Shown here: piece after piece, positions 25,898-34,522 of the stretch
How the letters are laid out: the number at the start of each line of letters is the position of its first letter
Position numbering within the stretch: the stretch's first letter is position 1
Source: an uncultured Gemmatimonadales bacterium
GTDB taxonomy: Bacteria > Gemmatimonadota > Gemmatimonadetes > Gemmatimonadales > GWC2-71-9
Direction: 5' to 3'
NCBI GenBank assembly: GCA_963810185.1
Contig: CAWEMJ010000005.1
Coordinates: 7,931-71,930 of the forward strand
DNA length: 64,000 bases
Program-made: the position numbers and the translations under genes
Notes under the pieces: model-generated
Told to the model about the DNA's origin: nothing
Seen by the model: only the letters and a program-made list of their open reading frames with translations
The model's database searches: none

Positions 25898-25940
25898 GTC
25901 CCCCCTCTCCACATGGTGGAGAGGGGGACAGGGGGTGAGG
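25898..25940 (+). repeat. Family A repeat, copy 9
   Basis: GTCCCCCCTCTCCACATGGTGGAGAGGGGGACAGGGGGTGAGG, 7 nt after the Kir stop. Confidence 0.9.
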
Positions 25941-25954
25941 TGAAAGGAGCCCCG

Positions 25955-26317
25955 GTGGAGAAGGTGATACTCGAGGACGCGCTCGCGGCGGTCACCGAAC
26001 ACTGGCGCCCCCGCCTCGTGGCCGAGCTGAACGGCCAGGAGGTCAAGCTCGCCAAGTTCTGCGGTACCTTCCCCTGGCACCATCACGACGACGCGGACGA
26101 GCTCTTCCTTGGAGTCGAGGGGCGCTTCCGCGTGGAGTTTCGCGACCGGGTGGTGGAGCTCGGCCCCGGGGAGTTCCTCGTGGTGTCGCGTGGCGTGGAA
26201 CACCGTACCGTGGCCGACGCCGAGGCGTCGGTGCTGCTGTTCGAACCCGCCGGCGTCCGCAACACCGGCAACGTCGTCGATCCGGTGTTCACCGCGCCGG
26301 GTCCGGGTGCCGGATGA
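25955..26317 (+). CDS. Cupin-domain protein
   Basis: GTG at 25955 preceded by AAGGAG: FPWHHHDDADELFLGVEGRFRVEF...GEFLVVSRGVEHR. Confidence 0.7.
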   Translation: MEKVILEDALAAVTEHWRPRLVAELNGQEVKLAKFCGTFPWHHHDDADELFLGVEGRFRVEFRDRVVELGPGEFLVVSRGVEHRTVADAEASVLLFEPAGVRNTGNVVDPVFTAPGPGAG

Positions 26318-28048
26318 GTTTCTCCCTCCGTTCGCTGCCGCGCTCCTTCCGCCGCCTGCTCAACCTGCTCCTGGCGCTGCCGGTGCTGCTGGTGGTGCTG
26401 GGGCTGCTGTACCAGTTGGGGATGTTGTACCTCGAGGGCCAGCAGCGAACCCTGGGCGACAGCATCCAATGGGCGTCGGAGACCCTGACGACCACCGGCT
26501 ATGGCCGCGACGCGCAGTGGTCGAGCCCGGTGATGGTGGCCTTCGTGGTGCTGGTGCAGTTCTCGGGCACCATGCTGGTCTTCCTCGTCTTCCCGATCTT
26601 CCTCATTCCCTTTTTCGAGGAGCGGTTCGAGGCCCGCCTGTCGCGAGTCCTCCCTCCGATGGCCGGGCAGGTGCTCATCTACCGGTTCGGCCCCGCGGTC
26701 ACCTCGCTCCTTGACCTCCTCGACCACGAGGGGGTGAAGGCAGTCATCTTCGAGGAAGACGAGGCCACCGCCCGCCGGCTCCGGGAGCGCGGACGGCAGG
26801 TGGTCTTCGGCAACCTCAAGGAAGAGGATCCCAACCTCGCCAACCTGGTGGGAGCGCGCGGCCTGGTGCTGAACGGCGACGACGACTACAACGCGGCGAT
26901 GACGCTCAACGCCCGGTACCACGGATACCAGGGGAAGATCGTCGCCATGGTGCAGGACCCGAAGCGCCGGCCGCCGATGGTCCGCGCCGGCGCCACGACG
27001 GCGTTCACCCCCACCCATGTGCTCGCCGCGGCGCTCGCGGCGCGCGCCAGCATGAAGATCAGCCCGCGCGTCGCCGGCGTCCGGCACCTCGGGCAACACC
27101 TCGAGGTGGCCGAACTCCGGGTGCACGCGGCGAGCCCCTTTGCCGGCACGACCATCGGGGAGGCCGGCATCCGCGAACAGACCGGCGCCACCATCATCGG
27201 GCTCTGGGTCGGCGGCGTGCTGAACGCGCAGCCGAAGCTCGACAGCCGGCTCGGCGTCGGGACCATTCTCGTGGCCATCGGAAGCCACCTGGCCATCGAG
27301 CGCCTCGGCAAGCTTGCCACGCCGGTGCCGCGCGGTGGCGCGTTCCTGGTCGTGGGCGACACCGAGATCGGCCGCAAGGTGGCCGAGTTCCTCCGCGACG
27401 CCGGCGAATCGGTGCGCCTGCTGGCCGCGATGCCGGCGCCCCACGTGGACCTGGTCGGCGATCACCTCGATCATACGGTGCTGGAAGCGGCGGGCATCCA
27501 CGAGGCGCAGGCCGTCGTCCTGGCCCTCGAGTCCGACAGCGCCACCCTCTTCGCCACGGCCGTCCTGCGGAACCTGGCACCCGAGGCGATGATCATGGCC
27601 GGCGTGCAGCAGGTGGAAAACGTGGCGCGGATCCATCGCGCGGGCGCCGACTTCGCGCTCTCGATGAGCCAGGTGGCCGGGCAGCTGCTGTCCTACCACC
27701 TGCTGGGCCAATCGGCGGTCTCGCTCGAAGGGAAAATCAAGATCGTGGCCACCGCCGCCGGCAACTTCGTGGGCCGGCCGCTCCTCAAGCACTGGATCCG
27801 GGACCGCACCGGGTGCTCGGTCGTGGCGGTCGAGCGCGGCGAGACTCATCGTGGTGGATTTCGACGAGACGTTCGAGGTGCAGCACGGCGACATCGTGTA
27901 CCTCAGCGGCACCAACGAGACGATCCAGGCCTACTTCCGGATGTTCCCCGCGACCCGGGAGATGTCCATCTCCGGATTCCGGGCGGGGATGCCGGAGGAC
28001 GAGGGGCCGCCGGTCCCGCGCACCATCGACCTGGATTTCAAGGGATAG
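26314..28048 (+). CDS. K+ channel with pore domain and two RCK/TrkA domains, one frameshift near 27845
   Basis: SETLTTTGYG filter; two TrkA-N-like segments (VLIYRFGP..., FLVVGDTEIGRKVA...). The C-terminal TrkA-C continues in ORF 27851-28048 (VVDFDETFEVQHGDIVYLSG). Confidence 0.8.
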
Positions 28049-28223
28049 GGACCCGGCGGGTATGGGACGGTCCATTTGACATTGCCGCCGAAGGGCGCAG
28101 ATTCCTCCTCATACCCCCTGTCCACTCATGCGGATCCGAATCGTCCCGGTCGTCACCCCGGCAATTCCTGAGCGTGCCTGAGGTGGGTTCGGCGGCGGGT
28201 CCGTTTCGGAGGAGAAAAGGCCG

Positions 28224-28631
28224 ATGCTTCCGTTTGGCGTGAGACCGGTCGGCGTGCTCATGGCCGCCGTGGCCACCTTTGTCATCGGGATGATCTGGTA
28301 TTCGCCCATTCTCTTCGCGAAGCCGTGGGTGGCGCTCAACGGCTACACCCCGGACAAGCTCGCGGACATGCGCAAGGGTGCGCCCCGCGCCTACGGCGTC
28401 TCGTTCCTGGCGTACCTGGTGCTCGGCGTGGGGATCGCGGCCATCGTCCGCGGGGGCGCGCCGCTGGCCGGGATGTGGACCGGGATTCAGCTCTGGACCT
28501 TCATCGTCATGCCGGTCAGCCTGACCGCCCTGGTCTTCTCCGAAAAGCGCTTCGGGGCGTGGTTGATCGACGCGATGTATCAGTTCGTGTATTTCGCGGC
28601 CATGGGTGCCATTCTCTCGCGCTGGGGTTGA
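28224..28631 (+). CDS. DUF1761-family membrane protein
   Basis: 135 aa: VATFVIGMIWYSPILFAKPWVALNGY.... Confidence 0.7.
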   Translation: MLPFGVRPVGVLMAAVATFVIGMIWYSPILFAKPWVALNGYTPDKLADMRKGAPRAYGVSFLAYLVLGVGIAAIVRGGAPLAGMWTGIQLWTFIVMPVSLTALVFSEKRFGAWLIDAMYQFVYFAAMGAILSRWG

Positions 28632-28639
28632 TCGTACAC

Positions 28640-28915
28640 ATGGACTCTGAAATCCGGATGACCCGGCTCCGCGCCGAGTTCGCGGTGCATTATCCGCCAC
28701 TCACCCCCGACGTCTGGATGCCCGCGGCCGAGGTCGGGGCGCGAATGCTCTTCTGGCACCTGGAGCTGGCCGGCACGGTGCCGCTGGGCGACCGCCTCCT
28801 GCCCGAGGAGCATTTCGAGTTCCGGGGCGGCTGGGTCCGCGGCGGCACCTCGCCGCTCCGCACCCGCGCCTACGACGCCAACGCGGTGGAACCCCGCCGC
28901 GAGGCCACCGGCTGA
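28640..28915 (+). CDS. Hypothetical protein
   Basis: ATG at 28640, 91 aa; contains LLPEEHFEF. No family recognised. Confidence 0.4.
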   Translation: MDSEIRMTRLRAEFAVHYPPLTPDVWMPAAEVGARMLFWHLELAGTVPLGDRLLPEEHFEFRGGWVRGGTSPLRTRAYDANAVEPRREATG

Positions 28916-28998
28916 TCCACCGGCGCGCCGCTCCGAGGCCGCCGTTATATTGCGGCAGTTCACCCCACCGTTCCCACTGCTCTGTCGAGGTCGCGACG

Positions 28999-29262
28999 AT
29001 GTCCGAGAAGCCAGAACTCACCCCCATCACCGTGCCGCGCCTGCTGGAAGAACTGCACAACATCAGCGACATGCGGGCCAACGGGGAGCTGAACAAGGAC
29101 CAGTTCGAGGCGCGCTTCGCCCGGATGATCGGCGAACTCCGCGATCGGCGGATCGACGGGTCGCGCGCCGACATCCTGCAGGCGCTCGCACCGCTGGCCA
29201 CCGATGGCACCCTCCGACCGGAAGAACACTTCCGCCTGACCAAGAAGCTCGGCCTGGTGTGA
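28999..29262 (+). CDS. Hypothetical protein
   Basis: 87 aa; contains LRPEEHFRL. Its stop overlaps the GTG of the next gene (GTGA). Confidence 0.4.
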   Translation: MSEKPELTPITVPRLLEELHNISDMRANGELNKDQFEARFARMIGELRDRRIDGSRADILQALAPLATDGTLRPEEHFRLTKKLGLV

Positions 29263-30133
29263 TCGAGCGCCCGCTTGGTCCCGGCGCTCCTCGCGTGCCC
29301 CCGGTCGGTTTCGGGGGCATGCCGCTTTCTATCGAGGGCCGCCCCTCCGAGGCCGACGCGGTGCGCGTCATTCACTCGGCGCTCGACGCCGGCGTGCGCC
29401 TGCTCGACACCGCCGATGTGTATTGCTATTCCGACGAGGACCTCGGGCACAATGAGCGCGTGATGGCCAAGGCGCTCGGTGAATGGCGCGGGCCGCGCGA
29501 CGAGGTGCTGGTGGCCACCAAGGGCGGCCTCACCCGGCCCGATGGTCGCTGGGAGCGGAACGGCAGCCCCGAACACCTCCAGCGCGCGTGCGACCGGTCG
29601 CTGCAGGCGCTCGGCGTCGACCGGATCGACCTCTACCAGTTCCACGCGCCCGATCCGCAGGTACCGTTCGGCGAAAGCGTCGGGATGCTCGCGGAGCTCC
29701 AGCGCGTCGGCAAGATCCGGTGGGTCGGGCTCTCCAATGTGTCGGTGGACCAGATCAACGCCGCCCGCCGGCACCTGGAAGTGGTGACGGTGCAGAATCG
29801 GCTGAACCCATTCTTCCGCGAGGCGCTCACCGAAGGTGTGGTGGCGCACTGCGAGCAGCTCGGCATCGGTTTCCTGGCCTACAGCCCAGTGGGCGGCGGC
29901 CGGCTCAACAAGAAGTTGCCGCGCACCCGCTGGTGAAGATGATCGCGGAGCGGCATCACGCCTCCCCCCACGCGGTGGTGCTGGCCTGGGTGCTGGAGCA
30001 GGCGTCCAACGTGATCGTCATCCCGGGCGCCCGCACGGTGGCGCACGCGCTGGACAGCTGGGCGGCTGGCGACCTGCGGCTGGAGCCGGAAGAACTGCGG
30101 GATCTCGACGAGGCCGAGTTCGACCGCACCTGA
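29259..30133 (+). CDS. Aldo/keto reductase, one frameshift near 29925
   Basis: VGFGGMPLS...LDAGVRLLDTADVY...VATKGG...IDLYQFHAPD...VGLSNV...VQNRLNP. The C-terminus (HPLVKMIAERHHASPHAVVLAWVL...VIPGAR) is in ORF 29483-30133. Confidence 0.85.
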
Positions 30134-30136
30134 CCC

Positions 30137-30206
30137 CAGTCCTCAGTCCTCAGTCCCCGGCCCTCAGTCCTCAGTCCTCAGTCCTCAGTCCTCAGTCCTC
30201 AGTCCC
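30137..30206 (+). repeat. Heptamer tandem array, CAGTCCT x 10 (unit 4 degenerate)
   Basis: Direct read: 3 units, CGGCCCT, then 6 units. It fills the whole AKR-ispG intergenic space. Confidence 0.95.
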
Positions 30207-30209
30207 TAG

Positions 30210-30215
30210 TATATT
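30210..30215 (+). promoter_or_regulatory. -10 box TATATT, 7 nt before the ispG ATG (leaderless candidate)
   Basis: TAGTATATTTCTCCGATG; no SD between the box and the ATG at 30222. Confidence 0.45.
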
Positions 30216-30221
30216 TCTCCG

Positions 30222-31454
30222 ATGCCTCCCCTCTCCCGCCGCCAGACCGTCACCACCCGCATCGGGCCGGTGCAGGTCGGTTCCTGCCATCCCATCGTCG
30301 TGCAGTCGATGACCAACACCGACACCGCCGACGTGGTCGGGACGGTGCGCCAGGCAGCCGCCCTCGCGCGGGCCGGCAGCGAGCTGGTGCGCGTCACCGT
30401 CAACAACGACGAGTCGGCGCGCGCCGTCCCGGACATCGTCGAAGGACTGGACCGGATCGGCGTGCAGGTGCCGATCATCGGCGACTTCCACTACAACGGG
30501 CATCTCCTCCTCACCAAGTATCCCGCCTGCGCCGCGGCGCTCGCCAAGTACCGGATCAACCCGGGCAACGTCGGCGGCAAGCGGCGCGACGAGCACTTCC
30601 GCGCCATCATCGAGGTGGCGCTCGCGCACGACCGGCCGGTGCGCATCGGGGTCAACTGGGGGTCGCTCGACCAGCAGCTCCTCACCGAGCTGATGGACGC
30701 GAATCATCGGTCGAGCGCGCCGCGCGAGGCGCGGGAGGTCACCCTCGACGCCATGGTCGAGAGCGCGATCCGATCGGCCGCGCTCGCCGAGGCCACCGGG
30801 ATGGCGCACGACCGCATCATTCTGTCCGCCAAGGTCTCGGCGGTGCAGGACCTGGTGGATGTGTACCGCCTGCTCGCGGCGCGCTGTGATTTTCCCCTCC
30901 ACCTCGGCCTGACCGAGGCGGGTCTCGGCACCAAGGGCATCGTGGCGAGCACCGCGGGCCTGGCCATCCTGCTGCAGGAGGGCATCGGCGACACCATCCG
31001 CGTCTCCCTCACGCCGGCGCCCGGCGGCGACCGCACCGAAGAGGTGCAGGTGGCCCAGCAGATCCTGCAGTCGCTCGACCTCCGGAGCTTCACGCCGCAA
31101 GTCACCAGCTGCCCCGGCTGCGGCCGCACCACCAGCACCTTCTTCCAGTCGATGGCGCAGGACATCGAGCGCTACCTGCGGGAGCAGATGCCGGTGTGGC
31201 GCGAGGCGCGGCCGGGCGTCGAGTCGATGCGGGTCGCCGTCATGGGCTGCGTGGTCAACGGGCCGGGAGAATCGAAGCACGCCGACATCGGCATTTCCCT
31301 GCCCGGCACCGCGGAGGATCCCCGGGCCCCCGTGTACGTGGACGGGCAGTTGCACGTCACCCTGAGCGGGGAACGCATCGTGCCGGAGTTCCTGACCCTG
31401 CTGGAGGACTACGTCCAGCGCCGGTACGCGCCGGTGGAACCGGCGGCGCGCTAG
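30222..31454 (+). CDS. ispG: 4-hydroxy-3-methylbut-2-en-1-yl diphosphate synthase
   Basis: 410 aa: [15 protein letters not shown]...RVTVNN...INPGN...TSCPGCGRT...[11 protein letters not shown]. Confidence 0.95.
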   Translation: MPPLSRRQTVTTRIGPVQVGSCHPIVVQSMTNTDTADVVGTVRQAAALARAGSELVRVTVNNDESARAVPDIVEGLDRIGVQVPIIGDFHYNGHLLLTKYPACAAALAKYRINPGNVGGKRRDEHFRAIIEVALAHDRPVRIGVNWGSLDQQLLTELMDANHRSSAPREAREVTLDAMVESAIRSAALAEATGMAHDRIILSAKVSAVQDLVDVYRLLAARCDFPLHLGLTEAGLGTKGIVASTAGLAILLQEGIGDTIRVSLTPAPGGDRTEEVQVAQQILQSLDLRSFTPQVTSCPGCGRTTSTFFQSMAQDIERYLREQMPVWREARPGVESMRVAVMGCVVNGPGESKHADIGISLPGTAEDPRAPVYVDGQLHVTLSGERIVPEFLTLLEDYVQRRYAPVEPAAR

Positions 31455-31955
31455 ATGTCACGCCGCCTGAGGGCCCTCGGCCTCGTGATCGCGGCGTCGA
31501 GCTGCGGGATCGCCAACCTCGCCGCCCAGACGCCCGGCGTCGGCGACGCCGCGCCCGTGCTGGCGGTGCACGACCTGAACGGAAAGCCGGTGGACCTCGG
31601 CCAGTGGATCGGGAAGACGCCGGTGTTCCTGGAGTTCTGGGCCACCTGGTGCACCTCGTGCGCGGCGCTGGAGCCGGCGGTCCGCGCGGCCAAGGCGAGC
31701 TACGGGTCGAAGGTCGAGTTCATCGGGATCAACATCACAGTCGGGGACCCGCGGGATTCGGTGCGCGCGTGGGTCGCGCGCGAGAACCCACCCTTTCGGG
31801 TCCTCTACGACGACGAGGGCGTGAGCCAGCGGGCCTACGACGTGGCCGCCACCTCGTACGTCGTGATCATCGACCGCTCCGGTCGCATCGTGTACACCGG
31901 CATCGGCGGCAGCCAGTCCTTCGGCGCCGCGCTGCGCCGGGCCACCGCCCCATAG
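31455..31955 (+). CDS. TlpA-like thiol:disulfide oxidoreductase (secreted)
   Basis: Signal peptide; PVFLEFWATWCTSC. Confidence 0.8.
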   Translation: MSRRLRALGLVIAASSCGIANLAAQTPGVGDAAPVLAVHDLNGKPVDLGQWIGKTPVFLEFWATWCTSCAALEPAVRAAKASYGSKVEFIGINITVGDPRDSVRAWVARENPPFRVLYDDEGVSQRAYDVAATSYVVIIDRSGRIVYTGIGGSQSFGAALRRATAP

Positions 31956-31967
31956 TTCCCTCGAGGG

Positions 31968-32567
31968 TTGACCATGAACACACGCACGCTCCTCGGTACC
32001 TTGTTCGGCCTGGTGGCCACCGCATCGACGGTCACGGCGCAGGATTCGGCGCCCGCCCCGAAAGGACCGCCGACCGCCATCGTGGTCTCCGGGCCCGAAC
32101 CGGGCTGGAAGGCGCCGGACTTTACCGCTCCCTGGGCGGACAAGGCGGGCATCGGATCGGGAGAGGAGCCGTTCGTCCTCGCCAAGCTCAAGGGGCAGGT
32201 CGTCGTGCTGGCCTTCTATCCCCGGGACTTCACCTCGGGCTGCACGGCGGAAATGCGGACCTTCGCCGATCGCTACGCGACGATGTTCACTGATGCCGTG
32301 CTGGTGGGCATCAGCACCGACAGCCTCGAGACCCATGTCCGCTTCGCCGAGAGCCTGGGCCTGCCGTTCAAGCTCCTGTCCGACCCCAAGCAGCGAATCG
32401 CCGCCAAGTACGGGGCCAAGGGGTCCGAGGGGTTCAACCGGCGGGTGGTGTACGTGATCGGGAAGGATGGAAAGGTTTCCTGGCGGGAAATGCAATTTAC
32501 CGCGACCGATCCGAAGGCCTACGATCGTCTGCAGGCGGCGATCGTCACCGCCCGAGGGACCTCGTGA
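31968..32567 (+). CDS. bcp: Peroxiredoxin (Bcp/AhpC-TSA family) with signal peptide
   Basis: VVVLAFYPRDFTSGCTAE...GISTDS...H. Confidence 0.8.
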   Translation: MTMNTRTLLGTLFGLVATASTVTAQDSAPAPKGPPTAIVVSGPEPGWKAPDFTAPWADKAGIGSGEEPFVLAKLKGQVVVLAFYPRDFTSGCTAEMRTFADRYATMFTDAVLVGISTDSLETHVRFAESLGLPFKLLSDPKQRIAAKYGAKGSEGFNRRVVYVIGKDGKVSWREMQFTATDPKAYDRLQAAIVTARGTS

Positions 32568-33388
32568 CCCTGAGGGGTTGGTGGCCCGCGGTGGGCCTCC
32601 TGGGCGCGCTGGCGACGTCCGCCTCCGCCCAGACCCCCACCGGCCCGGGCTTCAGCTGGGTCCTCCGGGGGGTGGAGTTCTCCGCCTGCGTGGAATTCCT
32701 CATGGATCCCGTTCAGGCCACGAAGCAACTCCAGCCGGGATATCAGGTCGTGACGGCGGCCGGCGTCGCCGCGCTGTCCCCCGTCCTGCGGCGGGAGGTG
32801 ACCGCGGACTCCGTGTTTGCCGGGTGGGTCCCGGCCCAGGTCTGCTTCATGGAGGCTCCCGCCATGACCGCCGGGGACGCCGTATTCACTCCGGGCAAGA
32901 AGATGGGGGCGCTGGAGGTGGTGGGCTACTGGGCTATCGCCGCCACCCGGCCGGGCGGGACCGCCGGGCTCGACCAGTGGTTTGTCGCCGAGCTCTGGAC
33001 CAACGATTGGCAGGTCAGGAGGCAGACCGAAGCCGCGTTCATCCCGGTGTCGGTCATCAAGCACAGTCTCGCGCCGGTGCCTGAATCCTCCCGTCACCAC
33101 TTCTCGGTCACGGTTCGCAAGACGGTCCTTTCCTGGGACGGCCAGTTCGCTGGACGCGATTCGACCGAAACCACCGAGCCCCGGCAGTCGAGTCAGGTCT
33201 TCGACGGCCTGCGGGGCATCCACTGGAATGCCACGGAGTCCTTCCGGCCTCAATGGACCCGCAGCCTCCCCGGCGTCTTCCGGGTGGACGGGAAGGACGA
33301 CCTGGCCAACGCGCTGAAGGCCTCGCCGATCCGGATGTTCGGGCCCATGTACTGGGGCGGAGACGCCCGGGTGGACTTCTCCCGGTAG
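32564..33388 (+). CDS. Hypothetical secreted protein
   Basis: GTG overlaps the bcp stop; signal peptide WWPAVGLLGALATSASAQ. No family recognised. Confidence 0.5.
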   Translation: MTLRGWWPAVGLLGALATSASAQTPTGPGFSWVLRGVEFSACVEFLMDPVQATKQLQPGYQVVTAAGVAALSPVLRREVTADSVFAGWVPAQVCFMEAPAMTAGDAVFTPGKKMGALEVVGYWAIAATRPGGTAGLDQWFVAELWTNDWQVRRQTEAAFIPVSVIKHSLAPVPESSRHHFSVTVRKTVLSWDGQFAGRDSTETTEPRQSSQVFDGLRGIHWNATESFRPQWTRSLPGVFRVDGKDDLANALKASPIRMFGPMYWGGDARVDFSR

Positions 33389-33449
33389 CCCGGCTCTGGC
33401 GCCGGGTGGGGCGGGGGGTAGGTTAGCCGCTCCACTGCCGGGAGCAGCC

Positions 33450-33701
33450 ATGTCCACCCTGGTCCACGAACGACTCGTCCTCGAGCGCTACGGTGCCAGC
33501 ACCTACGCCAAGATCTTCCTGCCGGCCGGGAGCCTCCCGCTCGGCAAGAGCGTCCCGGTGACCGTCAGGGTCGGCGGAAGGCGGTTCAAGACCCGGGGCT
33601 GGAGCTTCGCGAGCGGGGCAGGGGTGACCCTCCCCCAGAAGATCGTCGAGGAGCTGGGGCTGCACGCAGGTCAGGTGCTGGACCTGGAGCTGATGGACTG
33701 A
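33450..33701 (+). CDS. Hypothetical small protein
   Basis: 83-aa ORF with genome-typical GC. No family recognised. Confidence 0.45.
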   Translation: MSTLVHERLVLERYGASTYAKIFLPAGSLPLGKSVPVTVRVGGRRFKTRGWSFASGAGVTLPQKIVEELGLHAGQVLDLELMD

Positions 33702-34191
33702 ACAGCGGTTCCCAACACGAGCTACAACATGCTGCCCCGGCGGAACCCATATTGGGTGCCTCCGGGGCGCTTTTATGCAGTGATTCCGCATCTTTGACCC
33801 CGGGTAACGACACTGTCACCAGTTTCTTTTCCACATATAATGCGGATCTGTAAGTGATGTTAATAATAAAGTTAAGAGATCCACTTAAAGTGGAAAGTTA
33901 AGACGACCTCTAGTGCTTTGTCCCGCAACGGGTAATAACGCTCTTTCCACGGTTTCCACGCCGCTTCTGGGGGAAACTTTGCCCATTCCACACCGACGTG
34001 GATAGTCACCGTTGAGCCACCGGGCAGGCCGCCGACCCGGCTGTTGGGAAGTGGAAATGATATATGCACATCATCCCCAAATGAGGATATCACAGGTGCG
34101 GTCGTCGGGCCGGCACCCTCCGGCTCTGGTGTACGGGAATCGGGCAGTTGGGACGGGTGTGGATAACTCGGGAATGGGGACGGAGCGGGGA

Positions 34192-34280
34192 GGGAGGAGG
34201 GGATCGTCGGCGCAAGAAGTTCGCAGGGGGGTCGGGCGGCGGGGTTAGAGAACTTCCGGAGCCGACGACCCCGACGACCA
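34192..34280 (+). repeat. Family D ~90-bp repeat, copy 2
   Basis: GGAGGAGGGGATCGTCGGCGCAAGAAGTTCGCAGGGGGGTCGGGCGGCGGGGTTAGAGAACTTCCGGAGCCGACGACCCCGACGACCAC. Confidence 0.85.
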
Positions 34281-34326
34281 CATATTGTGGGTCTGGTCCA
34301 ACGCACCGCGTCCCAGCGACCGGCTC

Positions 34327-34432
34327 GTCACCCCCCGCCCCCGGCTTTCGCCGGGGCAGGGTCGCGGGGGTCCAGTGCCAACGACAGCGCGAAGCTGGTT
34401 TGAGACTGGATTCCCGCTTTCGCGGGAATGAC
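34327..34432. repeat. Two family B elements (a composite at 34327-34373 and an inverted copy at 34408-34432)
   Basis: GTCACCCCCCGCCCCCGGCTTTCGCCGGGGCAGGGTCGCGGGGGTCC and GGATTCCCGCTTTCGCGGGAATGAC. Confidence 0.75.
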
Positions 34433-34522
34433 GGCGCTCCCTCCCGGCGCCGTCCCGCTTCCCGGCTGCCCCGCTGCCTCGGAACTCGTTACTATCCCCT
34501 CACTCCCCTAATTGAGGTCCGC

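Noticed and set aside
12632-34280. Family D direct repeats as the boundaries of a 21.5-kb island.
   Set aside because: The enclosed segment contains the essential gene ispG and other core genes. There is no integrase and no tRNA at either end.
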